From Eledone cirrhosa (lineage: Eukaryota), in assembly GCA_964016885.1 (NCBI GenBank), contig OZ024743.1, positions 94,674,001 through 94,738,000 of the forward strand: a stretch of 64,000 bases of DNA, written 5' to 3'. The notes beneath the pieces are model-generated. The model was given only the letters and a program-made list of their open reading frames with translations. It was not told the origin of the DNA and did no database searches. The translations under genes were made by a program, and so were the position numbers. Shown one piece after another: positions 26,800-41,368 of the stretch (positions are counted from its first letter, which is position 1; each line of letters starts with the position of its first letter).

Positions 26800-27696
26800 T
26801 ATTTAATTATTTAATTATTATTAAGGACAGACCATAACAAAGAATAACATAGTGTATGCTATTTTACATTTTCCTGGTCTGTAAAATGCAGCTTCCGGTC
26901 AAAGGTAAGTAATATCAAATCCATATCATGGACCCTTAACTCCTAATGGAGTCGTCGAGGTGCTGGCGTAACTTACGACATGACTCAAGTATTTAAATCT
27001 GGCGGAGTCCATCTCTGTTTATGTCTGAACACAACTGAGTTCTTCCAGAGAAAGAAAAGGAGAGGGCGAGAGAGGGGAGAGGGTATAAAGGAAAAATCGA
27101 CCTCAGTATTGGACTAGACATGAAACAAAGTATTGGTGGTGGTAGTGGCTAGGGATATGTTCAACTCAAATACTTCCAAGGCGGTGTCCCAGCATAACTG
27201 CAGTAAAATAATTGAAACAAGTAAAATAATAGATGAATAAAAGAATAACTAACAAGAGGACAGCGTTTCTCTCCCCGGCTTCTTAAACATCAGCCCCCCC
27301 CTCTGCCCCCCACATTTTGGTAGGCAGTGAAATGTAACTGCCCCAGTGTCCTTTCTTAAGTAAGAACGCCAGTCAAGGGAGGCAAAATATTTTGTTACAT
27401 AACTATGCAATGTTCTGTTGTTTTGTGTTCCTGAAAATTAACCAATGTTCAGAATTAAGCTTTTACAAGTAAATTTTGGCCACAAATGTCCTGCCTTTGT
27501 TACCGACTTCATTTTGCTATTTATGAAGTTGTTACTGTGTGTGTATGTGTGTATGTGTGAGTGTGTGTGTGTGTACGTGTGCGCGCGTGTGTGTGTATTT
27601 ACCCTTAACAGTCGGCGCTATCTGTATATGTCACGTAACATGTTCCATCGATTGACTACCACGCATCGCAAATCGATAATAGACAGACAAACAGCT

Positions 27697-30474
27697 AGTG
27701 CTTATCACATTCTTGAGTAATGTACTGTTCTTCGGGGCGTATAAGGCTTATAAATATTAGTTTCTCTCTTGGTGTGGTGATCCTAGCTATTTCTTGTATT
27801 AGGTTACGCTTTTGTTTTTCTTGATGACTTAATTCTCTATAGATCTTCTTTTTTATGTTTAGAATTAATGTTCGTTTTAGCCTATCTGCTTGTTTTTTGG
27901 TGAGTTGTAATCTTCTAACGTCAGTATTGATGGTGTTCGTGTAGATTCTGGACGAGGCACACTGCTTTATGAAGCATAGTTGTCGAGATGTTATGGTTTT
28001 TCGTAGACAACAGAACATGGTGGTTTTCAGTATCTTGTTAGCCTGGCTAAGGCTTACGATATTTCGTTTCTGAATTTGTTTAGCAAGATTCTTTATCTGA
28101 AATCGTGTGTTGAAACCGATATTGTTATACTTTGGGAGGGTCATGTTGCCAATAAGAAACACACGCACCAGTTGCTTTCACTTCAATTTATTATATATTT
28201 ATAAATTTATAAATTTACAAATCTACAAATTTATAAATTTCTGGTTGGTTGGTTGGTTCCACAACCAGATAGTTGTTTATATATAGTCATAGTCCTTTCG
28301 TCACACACTCTGTGACCTCTTCAGTGACTGGGGATTCCTTTCTTTGTTTCTGTGCCTTTCCTTTCTTCTGTCCTACGCCATTTTGTTTCTGTGTGTGTGT
28401 TGTGTGCTCAGTTTGCGCATGCGCCACATCCGGGTGTCTGTGTGTGTTTGTGTTCATTTATCTATTTGTTTATTTATTTACATGTTATTGGTTGGTTGTT
28501 TGTTCTATGTGTGTGTGTGTTTTCATTTTGTCCTTAATTGTAAGTTGTGATGTTGCTGTTCCACTCATATTTTCTATTTAATTTTGGTTGTAATTCTTTT
28601 ATGTTTATTGCCTCTGTAATTTGTCATTGCATCTTTTCTGTGTGTAGATTCTATTTTTATTTCTATGTTCTCTAATTTACCCCTGTGTTCTATCTTAGCA
28701 TGTTGGTAGAGTACAGATGATTCTTTATTATCTTGAAGGTCTCGCCAGGGTTCATTTATCCGTTCCCCTATACTACGAGCTGTCTCACCTATGTACACTA
28801 TATTTTTGTTTCTACATTGTCCTTCAGTACATCTTATGCTATACACTACATTTCTAGTTTTACAGTTAATATGGGGGCTTATTTTACAGGTTATACATTT
28901 CTTATCTATACATGAGGGTCTTTGGAACGGGTATGTCTTGCTAATAAGTGTTTTTACGGAGGTACCTGGTCTTTCTACTATCTTAATATTGAGTTTATGT
29001 TTATTTAGGGCCCTTCTAAATTTGTAGGCTAGTTCGCCTCTAGGGGTTGTGTCGATGAACATTACACTCTGGTATTTATTGCTATCATACGATGAGTTTA
29101 TTCTATTGGCCTTGTTCCTAGTTCTTTCTATTCTATTCCAAAATTTGCTCCTATACAAGGGGCAGGTCCCATTTATGTCATTATTTACCATTTTTTCCCA
29201 TTTGGTTCTGGCTCCTCTATACACTCTGATTCTATCTCTCTGATTGTAGACAGAGAACTGCATACGGTGGGTGAAGTGTTGTATGTGTCTCTCTAGTTCT
29301 TCGGGGTTGCACATGCGGGACACATTTCTCATCACCCGTACCAAATACGCAATCAGTATGTTGATTTTGGTATGGTCCGAAATGGCCGAGTTTCGGTGGA
29401 TCAGATGTTTGGAAGTCATGGGTTTGGCATAATGGGAATGGAGGATTTGTTTTTGGTTGTTAATGGTATCTAACCAGAGCTCTGTGTCTAGTACAGGTAA
29501 TCGATGGTTGGGGTGTCTACTTGGGTAGTCTATAGTAACTCTAATGCTCTGGTGGATGGAGTTTGCTATTTGCTGGATGCTTTCCATTGTGTTTTTCTCT
29601 AGTTCCTGACTGTTCTCTAGTGGGGGTGTCTTAACTACGATGTTTATATCATCTACGTAGCGGGAGTACATTATCAGGGTTAAGCTGTCTTCTAATTGTT
29701 CTTTAAGTTTAAGTTTAAGTCTACTGTCCCACCATACCATGAATAAGTTAGCTATGTCGCCTGCAATGCTAACACCAATGGCTGCTCCTTCCTCTTGGGC
29801 ATATGCTTTTCCATTAAATTTGAACATATGTTCCTTAAGGGTTAATTTTATGCTGGCCCCTACCGCATGTGCAATCATTTTCTTCAGTTCATCGTGGTTT
29901 TCGGGTGTCCGTATGGCTCTGGTCCACCCGTTCCATCTATCTGTGTGGGTTTTCTTGGTCATTGAGGTAATGGTAGGTGGTCTGCCTCTTGCTGGTCTTG
30001 TAGGGCACAGGTTGCTAAGGTCATATGTGTCTAGGTAACTATTACTATGGGTAAGCTTAAGTAGAAGTCCCAGCTCACTGGTATCAATCCCACGGAACTC
30101 AACCTTGCTCTCGCTGATCATTTCTACGCATTTCTCCACAGCAAAATCCACGTCAATAGATGGATACAGGGACACAACATCCATACTGCCTATTATGCAG
30201 TTTGTTAGGTCCCCAGATTGGTTACCCACGCCGATTCTGCTGAGGAGGTCCTCCGTGCTGTCACGTACATCTGGGGACATCTCAATGATGGGGCGTATGA
30301 TCAGGGAGAGGAAGTAGGACAGTCTGTAGTTACTAGCAATGTTAGCTCCACAGACTGGCCGTGTTGGTGGTCCCGCGACAGGGTCACAGCAAAAGGACTG
30401 CCAACAACTTCCAGGCCTGGAACAATGACGTGCCGGCGTTGTATGGGCTTCGAAAAGACCATAAAACGGGCTGT
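27697..30474 (-). mobile_element. 5'-truncated, 5'-inverted PLE insertion (RT-EN fragment, pLTR, 5'-ORF tail)
   Basis: ORF fragment 28534-30390 with a 5-nt deletion at ~28625 (ttgtcattgc vs ttgtctaaacattgc) that frameshifts the EN end; spacer 28145-28533; N-terminal ORF tail 27697-28144; inverted piece 30390-30474. Confidence 0.92.
28285..28329 (-). ncRNA. Type I hammerhead ribozyme in the PLE pseudo-LTR
   Basis: Minus strand AGUCA-CUGAAGA-G-GUCAC(agagugu)GUGAC-GAAA-GGAC-UA/UGACU: intact core, 5-bp stems I and II, minimal stem III, CUA cleavage triplet. Confidence 0.85.
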
Positions 30475-32638
30475 TTACTTAAAGGCAGATAATCTTTGAA
30501 TATTTTCATATTTCATAAATTATTATTTTATGTCCTAGGTCGAAGGGAAATAATCGATCAAATAGTTTCGGTTACTCTCGGGTCCTTTTAGTTTACATAT
30601 TGAGACCCCAACCCACCCTATTCATTTTGTAACGTATGTGATTTCGGGTAATGTACTATTTCAGTCATATAAACGACAGGTGGGGATGGAACAGGAGCGG
30701 TCGGTATGGACACATTTGAAAAATTAACAAGCGGGGTGTCGGGGAGGGATTGTTCGAGACCCGTGAGTAGGTGAATATTAACATAGTAACGATATCTAGG
30801 TAGCGCTAGTTTACTTAAAGGGAGATAATCTTTGAACATTTTCATATATAATTTATTATTTAGGATGCTTTCCCCAATCATATGTTAAAGGGAGATAATC
30901 GGTAAAAGGTATCGGTTAAAAGAAATTTCAGAGTATATCAATTTAAGCCAAATTGAATTTAAATCACCTATATCAAGCTAAATCAAATCAAATCAATATC
31001 ATTATCTATATTCAGAATTGGTTTGATCTTTTTAATAAAATTCTTTTCTTCTATGAATTTGTTTTGCGAGATTTCTTATCTTGAAACAGATATTGTTATA
31101 CTTTGGGTGGGTCGTGTTGTCAATAAGAATACACGCACATGTCAGTTTTCACTTCAATTTATCATAAATTTCCGGTTGATGGGTTGGTTCAGTAACCGGA
31201 GGATTGTTTATATATTGTCAAAGTTCTTTCGTCACACATTATGTAACCTTTTCAGTGACTAGGTTGTTTTATTTTGTGTGTAGCTCCTTTGTTCTGTCCT
31301 GCACCATCTTGTTTTTGTGTGTTCTTTTCTTTTACATTTCTTTCAACTTCATTTGAGTCCTGAAGTTTATAAAATGGGAATATTATTATTTTTTTAATGC
31401 GTCAGTTTCCCAAATGACTACTTAGGGTCTTTGATCTGTTGATGGTGTACTGATGAATGTGTGTATTGTTTATATGGACCCGTAACTCCTGGAGGAACCG
31501 TGGGTGTCGCCTTTGCCATTTTGTTAGCGTGGCATGGCTGAGGCACCGCTTAGACTAAATTATAGTATCTGTCCCTCCCCATTTCCCTTTCAATCGTTGC
31601 TTGAATATTGGTTGCTACGAGACGTGTAGAATACTCTATGCTGAGTAAATATAACAATCAATTGTTTCTTTTATCCTGGACATCCTGCTTGACGCATCTA
31701 CTGGCTCATCTACAGCGAAGTCAAAGGAAGTTCTAGCCAGACAAAGCTATAACGCCGAAGCAAATCAATTAAACCGTTGATTGAAGCTATACCTACATAT
31801 AGAATTAGAGAGAAAGTGACGTCCTCTATCAACTAACTTACCCTGTGGATCCCGGTCGACAAGATGGAGAATACATTGCCTCGAAGGTCGGTGAGCGAGA
31901 CGCGCTGGAACAGCCATTCCACCATGCGGGGATCGCACCTGAGGAAGGCCAACCCCTCTCCAATAGCAGTGAGTAGGAATGTGGTCTGGGGATAGTGGGG
32001 GTGACAAGAATGCCGGAAATCTCTACTGCTACAGGCCCTATCACAAACCTATCAGAGAGCGGCCGTTACTTTTCTTGATTTAAATCCAAATAACGTTTAC
32101 AATTTCCGCGTATGATTTTAATGTATAAAAATAGGAAAATATATGATGTAATATTATGTTTATTCAGATTCATAATAAAACTCAATTATAATTCTTTGTA
32201 TGAAAAATAAATAATTATTTTGATAAATGAATAAATGATTACAAAAGGTAATGAAATGAAAAAGTTCATGTGATATTCTGTTCAAAATTAGCACCGGATT
32301 TCGTAAATATATATAGATATATCTCACCATATATTTATTTATATATCTGTTTACTATTGTTAAATAGTGTTCCATATTTCTATCTTTCTCACCATTCATT
32401 CTCCATATACACAACCATTTATTCATCAATCAATCCATCCATCCATTTTTTCTTCCATCCATCCATCCGTCCATCCATCCATTCAATCCATACATCTTCC
32501 CATCCTGCAATCCATTCTTACGTTGACTGTTGTTAAATGATGTTCTCTCTTAAACAGTACAATTCAAACGTCTTTTGAAACTACACGTTCAAATGTGTAG
32601 TTTCATTAGGAATGTTGCTTAGTAAAAATGTTGCTGGG

Positions 32639-35600
32639 TTAAAATCTATAATGACAGTATCCACGAATACATCTTTTTGTCGTGGGGTCAAACCTTCTAC
32701 CATAGCCACAGGAAGCCATAATATATCTGCCATATGCACAAATAGCATAATGAGAACATATTTGTAAGCAAGGCTGTTTGTCTCTCGATTTACAATCACA
32801 TCCTTTAGGAACGACACATTTTTTGTTGATGTAACATTCTGTAATAGAGAAAGAAGAAAGGTTAGCTGAAACAAGACAAATTTACGAAATAGGAAATATA
32901 TATGTATAGAATTAATAATCATTTATAAACCAAATGCTTTGGTGCTTATCGTCTCAAATTTACAAGTTGCGTGAAGCTGAATAGTCCTACAGCAAATATG
33001 TGATTAGATGGCAGATACAACCTGAAACTAGCAACATTTGTGTGTTTTTAAGCATACACACGCACTATATGCAAATGAGCATCGCCAACCAAAATTTAAT
33101 AGGCAAACAGCATATAAGCTTTTAGTTTATTCTTGTCTGATGACAGTGTATATAAAAGCATATCCTTATGTTTATGTATAATAATTTTAAAAGGTGTGAA
33201 CATGTCACAGTTATCTCAGCAGTGGTGAGAATGCCAGGTAGATATTTAAGCATTTTATCCTTCAACAGTAACATATATTTACTTGCTACTGAGACAAAAT
33301 CTGCTAAAACCTATATAGTGTTTGCATGTCAATAATCCGCTAGTGAAAGGGAGATAATTAGGTAGCAATATCAGCGTTTTTCGTCACAGGGTTGTATATG
33401 TTTAATATATAATAAACACAAATCTCGCCTTGAAATTTTCAAAAAGCAGGGAACATGTCACAGGTATCTTAGTATTGGTGAGAATGTAAGATAGCTATTT
33501 CCGGATTGTTGTCCTTCATCAGTGACATTTACTCACTCGCTACAGAGACAAAATTGGTTAAATCTCCTATGGTTTTTGCGTATAAGACATTAAATGGAGA
33601 TGCTCATTTGCATATAGTGTGAACATTACTGTTGAAAGGGAGATAACTATGTTGTACTAACACACACATTGTTCTTTGTCTTGTATGTATGAACCCATAA
33701 CTTGTAGTAAAGGCATGGTAGTGTCATACAGCGTTTCTTGGACATTTTTGAAACCTGGTGGAGTCTACTCCACCCAAGGGCTAATTACAGTCAACTTCTT
33801 CCAGGGAGGGCGAGAGAGAGTGATAGAGTGAAGAAGTGAGTAAGAAATACAGAGGTAAAAAAAAACGACACCAGTATTGGACTGGTATCTTTTATTATCG
33901 ATGACGAATCGATGAAAGGCCTAGTTGACCTCAGCAAGATTTGAACTGACAGAGTAGAGAGCCGGAATGAAGACTTCAAAGCATTCTATCTGACGTTCTA
34001 AAGACTTTGTTAATTCGCCGCCTATTTATCTTGTAGGATACATTATATATTGTAACGAAATGTGAACCCATGAAAAACTAATGCTGTATGTCTGTTTTGG
34101 TATACGTCCTCAAATATAAACATTCTTCACTACTCTAGTTACAATAACCTATACTGACCTATATTTGTTTATTTTAACCATGATATGGTCACATACACCC
34201 CCCTCCTTTGATAAACAGTTCTTCACACATCGACTACCCCTACCTTTATTAGACTACAACCATCACCATCTACCATATCCATAAGAGCTACTATCACATA
34301 CAAATATACATATGAGTGCACATTACACTGCTCTGAAAAGTTTAAGATTATAAAAATAAGTGTTTCTACTTTTGGCACACGGCCAGCAATTACCCCAGTG
34401 CATTACTGGTACTTTATTTTATCGACCCCGTAAGGATGAAAGGCAAAGTTAACATCGGCTGGATTTGAACTCTGACCGTAAAGGGACGTAACTATGCTGG
34501 AAAGCATGTCCAACCCTCCACCGATACTGCACATTGACCGCCCAATTCACTGCCAAAAAATAATGGGTTCTAATTTAAGTAGAAAATCATCAATTTGGGG
34601 AAGAGGAAAATCGATTAAATCGACCCCAGTACTTTCCTGGTACTTAATTATATCGGCTTCTGGAAGGATGAAGGGTAAAGTTGACTTCAACAAGATTTGA
34701 AACGAGAACGTAAAGAACCGGAACAAGTACATGGACCTTTGTCCGGTACTTTAACGATTCTACCAATTAAAACATACATAATTACTTACTTTGAGATGTT
34801 GTTGTTGTTGGTACTAGTGTTGTTGTTGTTGTCGGTACTGGTGTTGTTGTTGTTGTCGGTACTGGTGTTGTCGTTGTGGTTGTTGTTGTCGGGGTTGTTC
34901 TAGTTGTGGTTGTTGTTGTTGTTCGAACTGGTGTGGTCGTTGTTGTAGTCACATTACTGCTGGTAAATGGCCACCGGCTGTCATCACAGTGGAAAACAAT
35001 TGGAATATTCTGGTGCTTCAGTTTCGGTCGAATCTGGTTGTTATAATCCCAGACCTTCATGTAAGTATCTGCGAGGGTTTTACCGTAGAAGGCAGTATCG
35101 TTACGAGTTATGTTCAAAAGTCCTATACATTCTGTGTATCTTGGTGGGTTGGAACCTGGAACTAAGCAAGATGGCCGGCATATTCTTCCACATTGTTCCG
35201 TAACTGTTAGAAATACGAGAGCAGCTCCTTTTTCGGGGTCTCTGATACCGATATAAGCTAGATCTGATGATACAGCTAATCTACGGTCCACTACCACCAT
35301 TTCTTCATAATTTCCAAAATAATTGATGCCACTGGCTTGAACATTCACTCTTCCTGCTGGTCCACAACACTTATTCATTCGACAAGTAGAATTACTGGAC
35401 GAGGAATTTTTGGATAGACTGTTGTCGTATATATCATTCAATAAGTTTGGTTGACCATTTACGATTGGGAAATTTCCAAATCTCATCGTCTCGTAAGGTC
35501 GTTCGTAAATTATTTCGATCGGAATAAATGCCCATTCTTTTAAATCACACACACGGTTGATACAAAACATATTTTGATAGGGAATGAGAGTATTACAACG

Positions 35601-36711
35601 AGTTGTTGATTTAGATTTTGTTACACATCTTCCATTTTCGCATGTTAAGTATCGAGGATTACAAAGATTTGGATTGTAAGTACAATTTCCAAGTAAGTAA
35701 TCATATTCATATCTGTAAATACCAGTGTAACTTTGAGTTACTTTTAATGCTTCTGCGACTGTTAAATTCATAATGCCAATACTTTGGTTGGGAGCATAAA
35801 TATCTAAACCAAAATCTGTAGGATAATCTGTTGCAGGATCGATGTTGTTTTTCTTTTGGTTTTCATTGAAACGTGTGTGAACAAGTTCTACATAACTGTG
35901 AAGTAGAAAGAAGAAAGGATCCATGGGTGCAGATGGAATCATAGACATATGTCCTCCAACAGAAACGTGCATAGAATTATGCATAAGTTCAAAGTTATAG
36001 CGTCGGTCAGCGTTTGGTTCTGATATTTCTTCGAGTTTCGTTCGAGTGAGAACATCTTCGATATTACGATGTGTTGGCAAAGTTGTGCTGAAACCTCCAT
36101 TCCTTACTAGATGACCAGATGGTGTGGTCCAATTAGCAAACGGTCCACGATTTACAAATCCATTGACTGTTCCCATGAACGTGTCCGACCAGATAATGGA
36201 ATCTCGAGGATTAGAAAGAGAAGCATCAAGAGTTGGATCCCAAAATGGAATTGCTACAGTTGGTACTTTTGTACGAAGAGCATCTTCCATCCTGAAATTT
36301 AAAAATAAAAACCACATTAACATATTTCTAATGACATATTTAATGAATGAAATATTACGAGGGATTTATTTAAATTATCAATTATTTTAATTATTAAGAT
36401 CGTATTTGTTTCAAAACTTATCTAACGGGCTTAAATAAAATTTATATAAAATTCTCCGAATTGAGAGATCACAGCTCCGATACTATAGGCATGTGGAAGG
36501 AATGTCTCAGGAAAGAATCGCTGGACAGATTTTACGGCCAAAACCAACCGGCAGGAGGCCCAGGAGTAGACCCGAGCATGATGGTCGGACCACATCCATG
36601 AGCCTGGCTGGTTTCGCTTGAGGATCCAGTCGGATCAGTTGGAGATGGTTGCTTCTGACAGGACCGACTGGAATGAGTGTGTGACGACTCTGCCTTCACG
36701 ACCCTCTCAGA

Positions 36712-36778
<67 letters not shown>

Positions 36779-37908
36779 TGTTTGTGTATGTTGTGTTATG
36801 TTGACCTAGGATTTTGGATATAAAATAGTAGTAATCTTCGTTTTTTTTCATTAATGCTTTATTTTAACATAGATGGAGGAAAAGACTATGAAAGGGGACC
36901 AAAAGGGAAATGAAAAGAAGAAAAAAAGAAGAATCAAGCAACGAAAGAAAGGGAAAATGGGGGACAGATACTACACCCCAGTTTGAGCAGTGCCTCAGCT
37001 GCGCCCTGTGGACAAAATGACAAAGGCATATACCACGGAGAATGGCTAGAGATACCCGCTACAACAGCCATCCCATCTCACGGGGCTTCCTCCTCGAGCT
37101 AGCTGCTGTCTTTCCGATAAGCATTGTGGGGACCACGGACATCAGACGTCTCGACGGACACCGGTACAACGAAGAAGCGGTTGGTCAGGACCCGGTATTA
37201 AACTACAATTATATTTCATGCCTTGCGGTATTCATTTTGGCTATCTTCTCTCTGAGTTCAAATCCCGCCGAGGTCAACTTTGCCTTTCATCCATTCAAGG
37301 TCGAAAATAGTACCAGTCTAGTACTGGGATCGATACTTCCTCTATATATCTTTCTCACTTTCATTCTCTCACTCTATCTTTCTCTGGAAGAAATCTGCTT
37401 TATTCAGAACTAGGGTGGAGACGGACTCTGTCAGGTTTTAAAAAATACCATAGAATCACTGTATGTCAATATGGGGCTCCTACAAGTCCCACACAAGAAC
37501 AACTGTTAAAACAGCAAAATGCCGACAATATTCATGGAATAATGGCGAAAAATCAGCGCAAGAGTAGCTGTTAAAACATGGTATTTAACGGCATTTTGGT
37601 GTTAACAGCTATTCTTGCGATGAGTTATATTTTTCATTATTCTATGAATTCTAATATTAAAGTTATTAGCATAATATTACAGTAGAAAAAATAAGTAATT
37701 GGAAAATACTGAATTATTTACATTTTTAAATAAACTCTGTGCCAGGTGAGGAATACAGGACCATTGTGAGCATTTCTGGCAGTTGCACCTGTATGGAGGA
37801 AGGCGATAGCATCGTAAACATTTGGTTCCATGCTCTGTAAGATAAAGAAAGAGATATAAGACATTACAATCATTGAAACAAAGTATGGAGGCAGGTGTAT
37901 ATATATAC

Positions 37909-37955
<47 letters not shown>

Positions 37956-39483
37956 ATTACTTCTCTCGTAAGTGTACATATATATGAATATATAGTGAAT
38001 TCTTTCTTTTTAAAACTTGTATCACTATCAACTTATACACAACAGCAACACGTCTCTTCTCTTTGCTCTTTAACCTCTTAAAACGTATTGAAGCACAACT
38101 AGAGTGTCCTGCCGAGATTTCTTAACTCCACCTTTTTTTTATCATATTTCTATTGAAATACATTGCAAATAATTTTCAATGAATTTATGAAAATATATTT
38201 TTTTAAATGTTGGAATTCAGTAAAATAACGTTTTCATTAGTAAGCTGGTTACATAAAATTATGATGGAATGTTTCTATATAATTATGAACACTTTAAAGC
38301 GGACAATTTTATATCATAGAATAGGAGCTGTTTTAAGTATCAAAAGGGTTAAATGCTATAATTATACTTCTTCTAAATGATGCAAATGATGATATTGTAC
38401 AAGTAAACACTTGATCAAATATAAAGACTGTCTGAACAGAAGGTTATTGAGTATATAGCTCTGTAGCCGGCACGTTACAATGCAAATGATCCAGTAACTC
38501 ACATACTTTACTAGCGTGTATTAAATCGATCTGCTATGAATAATCCACTTCCACTCACGAAAGTATCTATATGTAGATAATATACTAGATTTCTCACTTC
38601 GCAGCATCCTCAACATCTGCTGGAGTGATAGAGCGATTTTGTTACCAGCATTGAAGTTCTTGAAGAGACAGAGAGCACCAATGCATGTTTCCCGAATAGA
38701 AAATCATCATCGCTGCATGGCGAACTCTTCATTTTCCACTGAAACAGAGGGATCCGCAGAAAACGTACAAGGGTTCTCTAAAGAAATCTCTTTAAGCATG
38801 TCATATTGATCACCACCAGAGGTATGATATGTCCTCTGATCAGGTGATCTGGTGACATACCATCTGTCAATTTCCTCCTTCGAGAATGAATGGAGGAAAC
38901 CAGAACAAAATTAGACTTACTCTTGCTTTAGTCGTGTTTGCCTATCTTACGTTTTCTCGTCAGTTACCAGCGAGCCTACGATAGATGTGGACAGCCCCTT
39001 TCATAAATCTTCGTTAACGAAGTAAAGTCATGATACTAGTTTAGTAAAATATCAAAGTCTGTCAGTACTCTGAACTTCTCTCAATAATATTCATATAAAA
39101 AAATAGAACCTTACCGTATCTTGTTTTAGAAGATGAATACTACGGTGGAAATCATATCTTTCTTGTTCACTGAGTTGTCTATATTCCTTCCTTACTCGGA
39201 GCATTATCATAGGATTTGGTTGTGATGTTTTTGGTTCATCGGTTGGTAGATTATAATTTAGATAGTTTGTTGTCCAATTAGGACATATTTTCGCCATTTG
39301 GAGCTGACCGATGCAATATTTCCATATATCGGCCTTCTTTTCAATTGGTGGATTTGTCGATTTGCATACATTCTCAAAACAGTCTGGAACATAGCTACCT
39401 ATTTCTGGAACATAATACTGTATATCTGACTTCACGTTAACGAAAGCCAGCAATATGATGAATGCTAGGTACAGACGATTCAT
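32639..39483 (-). CDS. Tyrosinase-like gene, copy 2. CDS join(39483-39115, 37834-37722, 36291-34790, 32838-32639), ~727 aa
   Basis: Same exon structure and intact splice sites. A few substitutions (FVY>FVN, MKM>MIM, QRK>QKK, YKYDY>YRYEY) and a Thr-repeat linker 9 aa shorter. Confidence 0.88.
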
Positions 39484-39676
39484 TGCTGAAAATATAAGAA
39501 AATGTAAAACATCATTCAGACGAAAGCATGGCTGTTAAGGAGTCTACTTTGCAACCACGTAGTTCTAGGCTCTGTCACTCTGTGCGGTGCTTCGAGCAAG
39601 TGTTTTCTACTAGTGAAATTTGGTAGACAGAAATTACAGTGTGTCTGTCTGTCTATATGTTTGTTTGTTTGTGTGT

Positions 39677-39770
<94 letters not shown>

Positions 39771-41284
39771 CTCCGTATCTTTGTTTACGTTTATGTTTGT
39801 GTGTGCAGTATTTGTTCCAGCTCTTGAGATCATTAGCTCAATCCTCATCGAAATCAACTTTGCCTTTCATTCTTCCAAATTTGATAAAACAAAGTGTCAG
39901 TTCAATACAAGGATCGATTCTCTACCTCCTCTCTATTTCTCTAGAAGAAGTCGGTTATGTTCAGACCTAGAGAGAGATGGGCTTTGCCAGGTTTAAAGTG
40001 GATGTAACGACGAGACTCCACCAGGAGTTAAGAGCTCAAAAGACGCACACTTATGGGATTCAACTCACATATTTGCTTCTTTTTATGGCTTACACTAAAA
40101 CTAACCTGGGCGGGATTTGAACTCATCCATTTACACAATAATAATTTCAATAAATGCTGGAAAGAACGAGTTGATCTTGGTAAATATTGGTTTCAAATGT
40201 TCTAATTGAGGCGAGTTTAAAGAAATACCCTGTCTAATCGAATATCAATTCAAAATTAGGATATATAACACTGACATTCTCCCTCTACCTATTTATGTAT
40301 TAAATTTTGTTACTTGGTCTGCAAAACAAACTTCGAAAATTGAAGTATTTCAAAACCATGTCATGAGATTTATTACTGGTAAACGCCTAACAGACAGAGT
40401 TAAAATATTATTGTACATCTACGAGAAATGATACAACAATGAGCAGTTTTTGATAGCAATTCTCTCAAGTTGTTTTGCTACGTCAAATTTTCTATTTGTT
40501 GTCTCCCGAAAATCTTTCTGAAGAGGATATTATATCTTGAAAGAGAAATTAGGACGTTCCAATGTATATGAAGAGATCAGAGCCTAAAATCTGCTTGGAG
40601 CATATAGTACATGAAAAGCGAAAATGAAGACGCCTCACTGATAGCTGGAGACACCAATTCCTAAAATGGTCTTAATCCAAATCATGGAAAGAACTCAATA
40701 AAATGACAATGAACAGAGAGAGAAATGGAAAAAATACGTTCGTAAAGTTTCATACTCTACTACCGGAAACGGAAATAACGATTACCAAGCAGATTGCTAG
40801 ATTTCTTCAATCGTGATTCAGTGAGACGATTATTATATTTTTGTTTGCTGTTACTAATACAATGTTTTGGAGTCTTTTGAGGTGGGAGAAATGAGATAAG
40901 ATTGAGTGATGTTTATGAAGAAAATATCGGAGTTATTTGAATTATCTCTACAATCCTCACGAAATTATTTCAAAATAATTAGCCATTTTGTCTCTATTGT
41001 GGGGTCGTTTACAATTGCTAACGTCTCTCTTGGGAATCCAGTCAGTTCTGTAAAGAGCGTTGTTTTAAATTATTGGACCTATTGTAGTATATTACTGGTA
41101 TATATTTAACCAAGCGTAATGTAAGTTAAATCAAAGGTAACCAGAAACATCTGTGAATTGATTTAAATAGCAATAACTTCATAATGTATTGACACTAGTA
41201 AGACATGGAGATGGTGTTGTATAAATTAGAACTTCAGTTATGATATTGCTGTATGAACTTGTCATAATACAGTAAGACTCTTAC

Positions 41285-41368
41285 CTTCAGTTGGTTCTTA
41301 ACACTTCCAGAACAATGTAGCTTGACAAAGTGATATGAATTCTTAAATAGTTACGGTATATATATAGA
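41285..41368 (-). promoter_or_regulatory. Putative tyrosinase core promoter and non-coding exon 1 (copy 2)
   Basis: Same TATA, Inr and donor arrangement as 10587-10670. Confidence 0.6.
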
